Of a stretch of DNA of 64,000 nucleotides, positions 38,115 through 50,464 are shown one piece after another. The notes under the pieces were generated by a model, which worked only from the letters and a program-made list of their open reading frames with translations, was not told where the DNA came from and did no database searches. Made by a program: the position numbers and the translations under genes. Position 1 is the first letter of the stretch; each line of letters begins with the position of its first letter. This stretch comes from Rhynchobatus australiae (taxonomy: Eukaryota), in contig JAUZTB010000088.1 in assembly GCA_034780895.1 (NCBI GenBank), positions 336,274-400,273 on the forward strand, written 5' to 3'.

Positions 38115-40706
38115 CTGGGAGAACAGAGTAAAGAAGGAGAGGAATTACTGACTAACCGCTCTGTGGTGTCGGGGCAGAGAGTTGTGGGGGAAATGACAAC
38201 CATAGGACTTTGGTTTGCGAACAGCACAGCCCTTGAGGTACAAAATATGTAAAACGCAAATCACAGACGTCGGAAACACGCGTATTGGAGAAGAAAGTGA
38301 TCGTAGCGAGTGAGTAGCAGGGTTTGTGCAGAGGTACTTTCAACGGATCGGAGCCAGGACTTCAGCGAAATCATTGCAAAATTCCCATCATCCACCATCC
38401 GATTATTCGTGGATCCCGAATACTGCGCAGCTTGCTCAACGGTAGTGATTATCGCCTTCGCTTCCAGCCAGGTTCAAGTATAGACACCATGCTCCGGAGC
38501 AAACGTGCCACCGCTTCCACTCAATTTAATTGTTCTCTGGAAACGTGTCTCCGTCTACTCCTCGATTCCCGGGTTCCGCGTTTCCCCCACCCACCGGAGT
38601 CCCGGTTCCTGCGCTTCATTAAAACTCCTCAACTTCCATTGACCGCGAGTCATAGACCCACGGAGTCACAGAACAACACTGCACGGATACAGCCCTTCGG
38701 AAGAAAGTGCCCATGCCGGAGACAGTATATACTCACCCAGTTCCAACTCATGCATTCAGCCCTCATCCCTCTCAGCCCTGTCCTTCCATGTCCCGATGCA
38801 ATTGCGTCTTAGCTGCTATCCTGGTACACTCGGATCCAAATAATTTACATCAATATCAAATAACAATGATCCCAACAGCGACCACGGCGGCACACCACGA
38901 AACACCCTCCACCATTCCAAGAATCAGCGTTCAACCACCACCCTCTGTTTCCTTACTCCGAGCCAATCTTGAATCCACCGAAACAGTTCTCCCTGGATTC
39001 CCTGGCACCAATCCTTCCATTTCAGCCAACTATTCGGAACCTTTTGGAAGGCCTTGCAAAGTCGAAATAGACAACATCTATTTACAAATCGTGCCTTTTG
39101 ATTACCTTTTCAATTATCTCTACATATTTCGACAGGCACGATATTCTACTCACAAAGCCATGCTGACTCCTTCATTCCAAATGTTGGTAGACCCTGTCCC
39201 TCAGAATTCCTTTCAGTAACTTCCCCACCACTGATGTCAGACTGACCAGCCTGTAGTTCACTGGCTTGTCCTTGCTCCGCTTTCAACTTCCTTGATACTG
39301 AACTAGTACTGTTCTCCGCTCTCTCTTTGGATTTGGGGGTCAACAAGAAAAGATAAATGAATTTATTCCACTGTGTATCATCTTCTTAGAACAAACTATG
39401 TCAACATTTTGTCGTGCGATTGACAGAATGCTCTCGGACAGTCGAGACAATCTGTTCGACATCACCAAAGCCTGAACCCTGCAGGAGTAGCGGTACTGAA
39501 CTGGAACACTGCCTATCTATTCCATCATACACAAGACCCAGAAATCAAAGGAAGGGACACGATACCCAGCGGTATGAACACCACTGAATCTTAATTCAAA
39601 ACTACCTGCTTACGTTTTGAGCCATGAGTGTGCTCTACTCCTTACAAGCAGTGTATTTTTAGTCAAAAACAATGGGGTTTTGCAGCTCAGATATCGGTTC
39701 ACAGTCAGCACAATCCCACCGGGACAGATGTCTTGAGTCAACATCTGCAAACGAATGGGTAAGGGAAGTGTAACGCAGAGGATGAACCGTCAGCTGGCGG
39801 CTTCTGTCCTTGAGCTGTGATCCTTGAACACGTATTCTCCTGCGTTGAAGGGTCCTGCATAGTTCCCCTTTTTGCATTGCACAGTTGCTGCCTTATCCGC
39901 TGAGTGTTTCAGGTATATTCCACTGAAGTGATTAAAGTGTTCGAATTCCTGCCGAAAGTCGGTGCCGATAATTCAAACACTTGCCACTTGGTTATTCTGA
40001 ACGACTGCAGCATTATGCTGAATGCTTTGTTGCTTGTTTTTCTAGAGCGGACATCACCCGCCCTTTACTTCGTTTGAAGACAAACGAACTCTAGGGCCAG
40101 CAACGTTGGCTTACAACTCCATCGTTACTTCACGAGTAAAAGGGAGTGGCATCAAACCCTGCTGTACTAAAACTCACACAGCCCGTCCCTCGTTTGAATG
40201 TTCGGATTTGCTGATATTTCAACATCTGTCTGAAACGTGGTTTTCCGGGCTTCCCTGAATCTCAGTGGGTGTCCGTTCCTTCGCTCACTTCAAACCTGCT
40301 GGCTAATTTCTTACAATGCTCTGCTACGTCTTTAAATTTGGAATTAAAATAATGTTGTGGTATTGATGAAGGACAACACCAAATGGCCTGGAGACTCCGA
40401 AGCGCCGGATAATCGAAACTTTATTTGACTGCGGCATTGCATTTATAAATCAATAATACATGCTGTCAATCCAAAACATCATTCCATCTCCCCCTTCTTC
40501 CACTCTGCATCAGTTTCAACAGTCGGTTTAAATTCAGCCGGTGATACAGACTAAAGCGCAAAGGAAATTGAAAACGGACAGGTAAATTACTCCTGATGTC
40601 TGCACGACATTCACGGATACACCTGAATCACGACGATCTCGGTTCCGAAACGAATCCAACACCGCGCAAAACAAAATTGCAAACGTGACTTTGCCTCTGC
40701 TCTTAC

Positions 40707-40773
40707 CAGGAACACCAATAACGGCAATGTTCAAGTAAAATATTTTCGTGATACTGTAAAATGTGGCAAGCAT
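40707..40773 (-). CDS. Exon 1 of the intact GPR139-like GPCR (copy F); spliced product 326 aa
   Basis: Reads MLATFYSITKIFYLNIAVIGVP-G|gtaaga, and this phase-1 donor matches the phase-1 acceptor at 38115. The intron is 2592 nt and the exons total 67+914=981 nt. Confidence 0.88.
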
Positions 40774-40856
40774 GTTGTGTGAGAATCAGTCTGTTTTCTA
40801 GTTGACCGTGATCTCTCTGAAGGAAACACTGAGCCAATGCATCTCCACGGCCATTA

Positions 40857-40863
40857 ATTTATA
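40857..40863 (-). promoter_or_regulatory. Candidate TATA box of copy F
   Basis: TATAAAT lies about 85 nt upstream of the ATG. The intervening 5'UTR (ctcagtgtttccttcagagagatcac) is homologous to that of copy B (ctcagcatttcattccgagagatgac). Confidence 0.55.
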
Positions 40864-41910
40864 CTCTGATATGTTCCGCTCCAACAAACTGACAATTCAA
40901 AATCGTTCAAGGACGACGTCTCTTTCAGCACCTGGGGAAACAGAACATTATGTCATTTTGGATAAATCCCAATTGTGATGAGGTATTCACAGTTTGTACC
41001 GAAATTGCAAAATCTCAAAGACGAACCAATGACGATACGAGAAGTCAGTACAGGTTGCTGTGAAAGACTATGAGACTCACATCGCGGTTTTATGTTTGAT
41101 TCTTGTTGACGGTGTCCAGTACTCTGCTCCGCTTACCCTTTTATCCATCTCCAATACCACACTGTCCTCACGAAGCTGTTCAATTTCCCTCTGGAATTAT
41201 CCTCGGTTTGAGATCACTCTAATACAAACTAACAAAAAATATATTTTTTCACTATCTTTTCAGGCGAATGGAACATCCAGTCCGACGCAGAACCCAAACG
41301 AGATGCACGCAATCTCTGAAATAATGAAACAGCTCCCATCAAGATCCTCAGCGGTCTGAAGGAAACTAATTATACCAGCATACACAAGACCTCGAATCTG
41401 TATAAATATTTATACTGACAGAACCTCTACACTAACCGCATTTGCTCCAAAAATGTGATGCATATCTCAAAGGTTTGCAAATGAACAAAATTAGTGACGC
41501 TGTTGACGGGAAGGTTCATAGATTTATTTGACCTATTTCACTACTTGAACTCACTCTCTCCCAACTGTAACACTGCAATGCGTTGTTGCTTTTCCCTTTG
41601 TACAACCTCAATGAACTTATGAATGGAACGATCTGTCTGGAGGATAGGCAAACAACGCTGCAGCTCGGCATGTGTGTTACGTACCATCAACAAAAGAAAC
41701 ACACCAAGACATGTATAAATGTTTAAAAAACTACTTATTAATAACTACTTATGATAATAAATAAAATAAAAGTAAAAATGTTAGAATGTTAGAAGTAAAA
41801 ATGTTAAACCNNNNNNNNNNNNNNNNNNNNNNNNNNNNNNNNNNNNNNNNNNNNNNNNNNNNNNNNNNNNNNNNNNNNNNNNNNNNNNNNNNNNNNNNNN
41901 NNNNNNNNNN

Positions 41911-42210
41911 GGACAAGCAGCATCTTTTTTTCCCATTATTGAGCGATCCAATACCAGAGGGCATGCATTTAAGGTGAGGGGGGGTAGGTTCAGAAGAGAC
42001 GCAAGGGGTAAGTTTTTTACTCGGAGTGGTGGATCCCTGGAATGTGTTGTCTGATAAGGTGGTGGAAGCAAATTCATTGGTGGCTTGGATGAGCACATGA
42101 ATGAGAGGAAAATGGAGGGATGTGGGCATTCTGTAGGTAGGAGGGATTAGCTATGTCGGTACAACATTGTGGGCCATAGGACCTGTTCTGTGCTGTACTG
42201 TTCCATGTAT
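41911..42210 (+). mobile_element. CR1 3' end
   Basis: Contains ccagagggcatgcatttaaggtgagggggg and the tail gggccatagg-acctgttctgtgctgtactgttc. Confidence 0.8.
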
Positions 42211-43327
42211 CACTATTTTAATGTCATTTATGGACTCTCACTTTAAGGGGGACCATGTCCTTGCAACCACTGATCTGAAGTTTCAAACAGCTGCATTTTT
42301 GCATATTTATTGGAGCTCTCCAGTGGCATTGCTCAGTGACTGAATTGTAAAATGACGTCAGGAGTGTAACTAATGGGGAAAGTGCCTGACAGAAAACCTT
42401 GGAGTTCCTATTAGAGATTTGTGTATTTCATGTGGATTGAGTTATTACTGGTCCATCTTGATGGGTTTTATGGCAATATTCCGCCTTAAATCTGTAAAGA
42501 GGCAGCGTTGCACCAAGCTAATTTTAAAATTGATTCTCTGCTTCATAGATGCTAATTCCCAACCTGTAGGTATCACAGGCACAGCCACCATTTATTGCCC
42601 CTCCCCGGCTGCCTCAAGAAGGGGCAGTGGGTCTTCTTGAACTGTTGCAGCTGCCCTCACTGTCCCAAAGTGGGAAATTCCAAGATTTAGTCAGGAGGAT
42701 GGTATTTTGGGAAGTGAAGTGTGAGGAGAACTCGGAGCGTCTACAAAGGTTAAGTGAATGAGGATGAAGGTGGCAGGTGCTTTGTAATTTGGAGGCAACT
42801 TTAGGCTTGTCATTTTCATAGGAAGACAAAATTACCTCAAAAAGGTACACTGAACCAACAATGCGCACGTGGCAAAGGCCCAAGGCATGGGAGGGCTCCG
42901 GTTCAAGGCTGATCACATCGTGTGCAGTGGTATTGGTTTTGCACACTGTGTACATAAGTCTTTCCTCTATCTGCTTCACCTCTGTTGTGGGGCCCAGAGC
43001 TCCAGGGGGCCAATGGGGTGCAGGAAGAGGGTAAATTGGGGTTGTGAATTTGGGAGGGGGAGAGACTTGCCTTCTGAAGGGTCCAGGCATTGAATCTGCA
43101 TGGCAATGGACAAGTTTAGCCAATTCCTCTCTAACATCTGCAAAAGCAGCCTTTGTGTGAGTTGGGAAACCGCTTTTACACGTGACTCTTGCTGTCTACA
43201 AGCCGTGCCTCTGAAAATTAATAAACGACGTCCAAGCATTGGTTGAATGCTGCTCGATGCACTGTGTGTCCAGGCCTCTCTGTCTGAAAGATGGAAATAC
43301 ACTTCAATGCTCTGACTGAAAGTGACT

Positions 43328-43550
43328 CACCTCTGTGTTTGGGAGACACAAGAGACGGCAGATACTGGAATCTGGAGCAGCCAACAATCTGCTGGAAGAA
43401 CTCAGTGGCCCGAGCAGCATCTGTGGGAGGAAAGGAATTGTTGACGTTTCAGGTCTCAACCTTGCATCGTCCCGAAACGTCGACAATTCCTTCCTTCCCA
43501 CGGATGCTGTTTGACCTACCAAGTTCTTCCAGCAGATTATTTGTTGCACC
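43328..43550. mobile_element. Penelope-like-element-derived inverted repeat (hairpin)
   Basis: Arm 43377-43452 (aatctgctggaagaact...gcatctgtgggaggaaaggaattgttgacgtttc) is inverted against arm 43472-43548 (gaaacgtcgacaattccttccttcccacggatgc...agttcttccagcagatt). Related decayed copies occur at about 20260-20390, 39810-39920 and 44780-44950. Confidence 0.75.
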
Positions 43551-43799
43551 TCTGTTCTTTAGGTAGGTACAATTGATTTGTCAGTCAAATTCATTTGCAC
43601 AAAGCTCAAATGTGCAATAGAGTTTCTTGCTCACTGCCACTTTTTTATTAGATAGTGAAAAACTATTAAATATTGTACAGAGAAATCTGGGTGTCATGGA
43701 GACATACAGCACAGATACAGATCCTTTGGCCCATCTTGTCCATGTTGACCTTTTTGCCCAACTACACGAATCCCATTTGCCTGCATTAGGGTCAATAGA

Positions 43800-45435
43800 G
43801 GTGAAGCGCAAAGTTAAAATTCAGCTACAGCTGGTGCTAACGAGGCCAGTGGTGTGGTGCTCTTTCTGCAGAGGATTCTTGTACAAGATGCAATTGTACA
43901 GGATTTTCATTGTATTGCAGACCTAAGGAAGGATAAACTTGCCTTGAAGCCTCTGCAGCGCAGTTCACCAGGTTGCTTCCTGTGACAAGAGGCTCATCCT
44001 GTGAGGAGATATCAAGTACAGTTGGCCCAGACTCACTGGAGTTTGGGTGACTCCCATTTAAACACAGGATCCTGAGTTGGATTGACAAGGTTTCCATTTG
44101 AAAAGCTCTCGCTGTGACAGCAAAGACCAGAGCAAGAGTGTTTTTCTGGGTCAGCCACTAGTAATTGAGATGAGATATTTCTTACTGTAGAGGGTTGTAG
44201 GTTTTTGAATTCTCAGTCCCAAACCATATAGGAGGAGGACATCTTGACCCGTGAGATGACACTGGCAGAGCGTCCCCCATTAATTTCTCTCAAAGGGTTG
44301 GGGAAGGCTGTCTTTGAGTACATTCAAAACAAATTTTTGGACACCAAGTTAATCGAGGGATAAGGGTATCAGGTGGACTAGAGGAAGATGTGATCTCGTT
44401 GAATGTTGGAGCGGATCGATGAGTCAGTGAAGCTTGCCCTAGCTTGAAGGATCTTGCATCTATTCAAGCTGGCATCGTAAGTGCGGCTAATATGGATGTG
44501 GAAATGTGAAGTCCAGGAAAATTAAGGGACTCTTCTGAGATTGGAGTTAGAGTACGATCTTCTCTCTATGTCTGACCTCAAGCCGAGGGAGGTTTAACAA
44601 TATTGGAGGTGTTATACGACTTAAGTTGATGTTAATATGTGAGTGAATAGCTTATTCTGAATCTAGCATTACATTCTAACTGCCCTGGTAAATGATTGAG
44701 GGAAAATTTAACCAATGGCTCAGAATAGAGGAGGGAACCAAGTTAGTTATTTATCCACCTGTCTTGCCTTTAGAGGCAATACAGAAAATGCTGGAAACAC
44801 TCAGTAGGTCAGGCACCATCTGTGGAGAGATGAGATCTGTGGATGTTTTTAGGTGAGGAGCTTTCGTTAAAGGTCTTCAACTGGAAAACGAACCCTCCTC
44901 TGAGCAGGGATTGAACACTTCCAACCTTTTCTGCTTTTGTTTCAGACTGTCACTCTCCAAGGAGTCAGCAGCAGAAATAGTTAAGATGTGGAAAATTACA
45001 GACCGCTCAGCTAATTACAGAAACAACATGGCATTGCTGAGGTTTCTTTTTGTTTAGGATCACATGAATTGGCCATTTGACCTGACAAGTCATTCAGTTA
45101 CTAATAGAAGCTCTAACTTCATTCAGATTCACTAGAATGACAGTAGGGCTTAAAGGGTTTAATTAGGAAGACAGTTTGCACAGTCTGGGCATGTACAGGC
45201 TTGAGTGTAGAAGATGGTGATTGAGCTGGGGTCTCTAAGATGGTGCAGAGACTTGATTTGGTTTTACTCTTTTGACCCAAACCTCTAAAGTGTAGGAAGC
45301 AAGGCCAAGCAAATACAACCCTAATATGAGAACCCAGCCTCATCGGGGCAATTTCAGGAAGTGTGTTCTTCACATAACAGTCGATATCTGGTACTTTGCA
45401 CTCAAGTACACTGCTGATGCCAGGGATCAATTGAA
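43800..45435 (+). mobile_element. Old CR1/L2-type fragments
   Basis: Contains ttgccttgaagcctctgcagcgcagttcaccagg, aaacaggatcctgagttggattgacaagg and caggaagtgtgttcttcacataacag, which are CR1 3'-type sequences. Confidence 0.55.
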
Positions 45436-45973
45436 AATTTGAGGACAGAGGTTAAACAGGACCCAGGGGTCGGACATCAGTTTTTTGATTGTCTGGTAAG
45501 TAAACTGGGAGGTTGGGGAGCCTGGTTAGACAAAATTGCAACGGCTGTGGGTATAACATTGTTTATGTCTGCATTTATTCTGTGCTGTTCCCTTCCACTT
45601 TTCAAGTCCTTTCCAGTGCGGACTGCAGTGAAACAGTTTCCGATGCTTCTGGCAAGGGCTGCGATCAACAATCCTGAGAAGGAAGTTGCAACAACATACT
45701 TCCATGATCTGGCTCAGGGGATATGCCGAAGGAGGACGACGACGATGCGTATATTGGGAATAGGTTGTGAGGGCCTCAGGGTCTTTTATCCCGTCTCCGT
45801 CACAGAGGGATATGTTTTTGGCCCTCTCGTTCAGGACATGAAGGTTGAATTCATGGGACTTGTGCACGAAAAGGACATCATCGCTGTTTTTAGGATGATT
45901 GGCTTTAGTCTTTTGGTGTCGTGCGCCTTGAATTCCCTCTCTAAGTGAGACCATTCGGTCTCAAAGAGGGAAA
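45436..45973 (+). mobile_element. Endogenous retrovirus remnant: env TM C-terminus and 3' UTR/PPT
   Basis: Reads LRTEVKQDPGVGHQFFDCLVSKLGGWGAWLDKIATAVGITLFMSAFILCCSLPLFKS...KQ. This is the Trp-rich MPER, membrane anchor and CC.LP pattern of fish (epsilon-like) ERV envs. The PPT aaagagggaaa is at 45963-45973. Confidence 0.75.
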
Positions 45974-46737
45974 TATAGAATAACTAAAAGAGGGACAGCA
46001 GAATATAGAAAATAGACCGGACACTTTTTTTATTCATAGTACATTCTCTGTTTTTAAGATAGTTGCCGGTGTCCTGAAGATGGCTGCTGGTCTTGTTAAT
46101 ATTGCCCCTGGGCCTCTTTTGTCTCTAGCCCGAGTGCGGGAAACTCTCAGTGCGCGAACATGTAGCAGATAGTCAGCACATTCCCAGGAAGACACTGTTG
46201 ATTTATTGTGCAGCTAATGGCTGTTAAGGCCACAGCGACAAATGATTTTATGTCTGTCTTATAATAGTTCCTCTGCTGAAAGTTTTGATAAAAGAGTAAT
46301 TTGGGGTCCAGGATGTCTTAGGACAAGTAAGCAATAGTGTCACATTTTGATGTGTTATTACTGATAGCCTTGTAACTACTAAGCGTAGTATTGTCGATAG
46401 ATTGATCAAATTGTTGTTTAGGGCCCTCGTGCTCATAAATAATTGGGGCCAATAATTAAGCCAGGAACGCACCTATGGCAGGATGAGCAAATGGTTGAAG
46501 GATGGAATTGTGAAGATAAGAGAGAACATGATGAATTGTAAAGCTGCAATTGCGCCATTAAAAAGGTATAAAAAAGCCACTGATCTGAGCTCCTGGGCAG
46601 TCAGAGAGAGCGGTAAACAGAGGGTAACTGCTGGCCAGCTGTATGATTGTCACAGCTTTTCTTTGCAAATAAAAGTTTAACTTCTTGAGGAATCGTCTGT
46701 ACCTCCTGGCCATTTTAAGTTTCGGTGAACCACAACA
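45974..46737 (+). mobile_element. Probable 3' LTR of the same ERV
   Basis: Starts right after the PPT, with TATA (tataaaaa about 46567) and AATAAA (about 46668), and ends ...accacaACA. Confidence 0.6.
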
Positions 46738-47902
46738 AACCAAGAAAGAGTCTAAATCGCGCAGTTAGAGGCACATTAAAGTTAAGGTGAGGTACCAGGA
46801 GAGAATGGGAAGTGCCCAGATGGAGGAATAAAATTCAAAAAGAGAGCCAATATGATAACAGTCAGAAATGGACAGTTCAGAAACAGAGAAAATGTCAGCG
46901 TGAGCTCTCAAAAGGCACCGGTTTCCTGCGCCAACCACATATCCCTTGATTCCCTCAATATGTGAAACCATCGCCCTCTGTCAATAAAAACTGATCTTAT
47001 TCTGTCTTTTACCTTCGTCAGGTCGACACTGTTGTGACACCGATTGCTGCAGACTCACAGTTCAATATCTGACAAAAGCCACACGAATACACAACGCTTA
47101 TTCCTGCGCCCATATCCAGCATTTCTGATGCCTCCCAACAATGACCGACGAATCAGATTGCAGGGGAGTCTGAAGGTGAGATTGTCTGATGTCAAATCCA
47201 AAATCCACATCCCCGCAACACCCTCCTGAACAGCATTGCTGGAATTTCGTCACTGGCTCCAGCGGTTCTGTAGACAGGTCCAGCGCCACCCTCTGGTGAC
47301 CGTCAGTAAAGGTCGACCTTCGGACGACCCACAATCTTCAACACTGACTCAAAATGGAATGAAACAATCTAAACAGCATTTGTAATATTGCATGTTGGTC
47401 AATAAACATTCCACCAACTGTTTTAATGTTTCAGGTCATTCTGTCTTTGAGCGCATAAGCATCTCTCCTGCAGAGAAAAGCAACGGTTAGTATTTAAATG
47501 GTGAGAACATTTGACGTTCAACAACGAACAAGCAATGTAAGTTTTACCATCTCTCTGCAACTCAGTTATGAAACTTATGCCCCAACCTATTATAAAGGGG
47601 AAAGCCACGCGAGGAACAAATGTTATCACCAATTGCGATCCGCTGACGACAGTTCCATCAGCAGCGATCTCCGTGTGGAGTCACAGTGTTTCATGATATA
47701 TTCACAGAGCACGAACGAATAAATCTTTCTGCTGCATTGGGACAGGCACTTGCTTCCATAATGTGTAACGTTGAAACATCACATTACGATTGTAAATTGC
47801 TGATGATCAGAATGGTTAAATGCAGAGCAGCGGCGGCATGGTGTCGGATGTCCTTGCCTTGAACACTGTGCAAAGCTTCCAGTAACGAGATGTATATGAA
47901 GC

Positions 47903-47990
47903 GGCTCGTTGGTCTAGTGGTATGATTCTCGCTATGGGTTTGAATTTCCGATCGTGCGAAAGGTCCTGGGTTAAAATTCCGGATGGGCCT
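47903..47990 (+). tRNA. tRNA-Pro(TGG) with a 16-nt intron at position 37/38; probably a pseudogene
   Basis: GGCTCGTTGGTCTAGTGGTATGATTCTCGCTA-TGG-G[TTTGAATTTCCGATCG]TGCGAAAGGTCCTGGGTTAAAATTCCGGATGGGCC matches the vertebrate tRNA-Pro body. U33 is changed to A, the B-box GTTC to GTTA, and there are stem mismatches. Confidence 0.85.
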
Positions 47991-48034
47991 CTGTTTAAAA
48001 TATCACCTCACCATTTTGGTCTCGGCGATGAAGG

Positions 48035-48945
48035 AGGAGTTTGGCACGTGTGCCTTCAACAATCAGCGTATCAACAGCAGAGATGGGATGTCATGTTACA
48101 GCTGCACCAGACGTTGGTAAGACCTCACTTGCAGTTTGGTTCCTCTTTTCCTCTACCTTTCGCCTGCGATGTTTCCTCTTTTCTAATGTAGATTAAATCC
48201 GGCCATAAACTAGTAGATTTAATTTGCTGCTTCAGTAACCACAGAAGAGATGAGCAAAGGAACAGGCTCTTCATCCAACGATGTTGTGCGGAACCAATTA
48301 ATTTAATAACAGTCAATCTCTCCTGCCGCACATGGTCCATATTCCTGCATTCTCTGCACAGACATGAGTCGTTTCGAGAGTCTCTAAAACGCCTCGATCC
48401 TAACAGCGTGCACCCCGACCACTGCACCGAATTCCAGGCACCCACCATTCTGTTGAAAACTCTTGCTCCACATGTCTCATTTTGTTCTCTCCGCCCCAAA
48501 TTAAACGTATGCCAAACAGCATCAGATATTTCGTTTCTGAAAAGAATAGATACCAGCTGTCCACTTTATCAATACCGCTCATAATTTTATAAACTTCTGT
48601 GGGAACTCCCCGTACTTTTCACTGCTCCAGAGAGAGGAAACGCACTTTGTCAAACCTCTCCTGGACAACGCATGCCCTCTACTCCAGGCACCCTCCTGGT
48701 AAAACTGAACTGAACCCTGTCCAAAGCCGACCTATTCTTTCTTTAACCTGATGACAAAATTGAATGCAATAGTCCAAATACTTACCAACCAGAGTTGTTT
48801 TACAAATTTGTAACATAATTCCCTGACTGCCGAAATCAATTCCACAACTGTTAAATTCAAGCATGCCGTGCGCCTTCTTTACCACCCTATCCGCTTTTGT
48901 AGTAACTTCCAGGGAGTAAGAGACACCAAGATACATCTGGACCAG
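48035..48945. mobile_element. CR1 3' fragments
   Basis: Contains DRVVKKAHGML.F...GI.F.SQ.IMLQ..KT.LV...LDYCIQF (48679-48936 -). Confidence 0.8.
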
Positions 48946-49149
48946 CTACCCCCGAAACTCTCCGCTCCAATTATCATTCAGTACACCCGTATCTCCATCC
49001 ATCATGGAATCCCCATGGAATATCAATCACCGTTCTTCTCTCCATGAACATAAAATCACGTCTTTTGTATAAAGCTGGATCTGGTTTCCAGGCATATTGT
49101 TGGTTTAATAGTTTCAACTGATGAGCTAAATAAATTCTCTATCGGTTAA

Positions 49150-50460
49150 CTTTTTTTTAACACTTGCCGTCCAGGAGGTAATTTGTCCTCTAATAAAGGC
49201 CTTAAGAGCATCCCATATAATAAGACTGGAAGTCTCTTCCAGCTTATTCTCTTAAAAAAAATATTTTGTTTCTCCAAAAAATGTATTTAATGCATAACAA
49301 AGTTGGATTAAAACGCAAAAATCTGTTTGTTTGAGGAAGTTGAAAGAGTGAAACACATGAGAATGATCTTAACGAGCAATCCCTTTGTATTCAGAAGATC
49401 GAACTGATGGGATCATTTGGCTAATAATAAAAATAATCAATCCTGGAATATGTATGGTGAACATGAGAAAAAAAAATACTCCCCATGTTCTGGATGTAAA
49501 AAATACGCCAAGCACCAGTAAAGCCAGATGTCATTAAAATTTTTGACTAAATAAAGCTGATTTATTGAGAGCAGCTGGTTTAGAAGATAGCCTATCTAAT
49601 CTTGAAAATAGTCAACAATTAAATTCTCCTCCTATGATTAAAGAATAGAGATTCAAATCTGGCATGAGTGAAAAAATCGTTAAAAGAAATCCTGGGTCCT
49701 CCATATTCGGGGCATAAATATTGGCAAGAACCACTAATTCATTATCTAATTTTCCTGACACTATAACAAAACGTCCTTCAGTATCAGATATTACCTTGTG
49801 TTGAACAGATGATACTGTATTGTCCATAAAATTGAAACTCAACCTCCCTTTAGATTTTGCTCGGAAAGAGGAATGAAATTGCAATACTCTCCATCGACTA
49901 AAAAGTGTGAGTTATCAGAATTACGTTTTAGAGTTTATTGTAAAAATAAATTAATTAATTTTATTTTTTATAAAGTTTATTAATTTCGGCAAAATCTTAT
50001 TTCATTTCACTCTGTGTTTTAACCTTTTCACGTTAAAACAAAGTAGATCAATAGTTTGATACATTTTAATATTATTCAGGTGCAGTTAAAAAAGAGGTTA
50101 ACAAACAGACCATAATGGAATGTAAATTAAAACCAGACAACGAGCTTTCAGATAAGGTAACCAAGCAACAGACTCGGCTGTGAACCCAAAACAGCTTCCA
50201 AAGAAGGAATCCATCTTCCATCCAATCACCCAAAGACAGAAAGCCGACGAATAGACAGCCAGCAGCGAAAGATACAGAAAACGTCCCTCCCAAAAGAAGT
50301 CCTGCTTTTTTGTTTCAAGGTTACATAATTCCACCCCAGTTAAAACAGCGAATTGAAAAAAATCCGATTTCCAAGTAATAAAATGATGTATCCGTACTAA
50401 GCCTTTTTAATAAAGTAAAAACCTCAAAACTCTATGAAATAAAACATTTTAAAAATCAAA
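49150..50460 (-). mobile_element. L1-clade LINE fragment: inter-ORF spacer and ORF2 endonuclease
   Basis: ATG at 50064 gives MYQTIDLLCFNVKRLKH.VK. Further on it reads FHSSFRAKSKG, VISDTEGRFVIVSGKL....VVLANIYAPN, LIIGGEFNC and WDALKAFIRGQI. The coding strand is A/T-rich. Confidence 0.88.
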
Positions 50461-50464
50461 AAAA

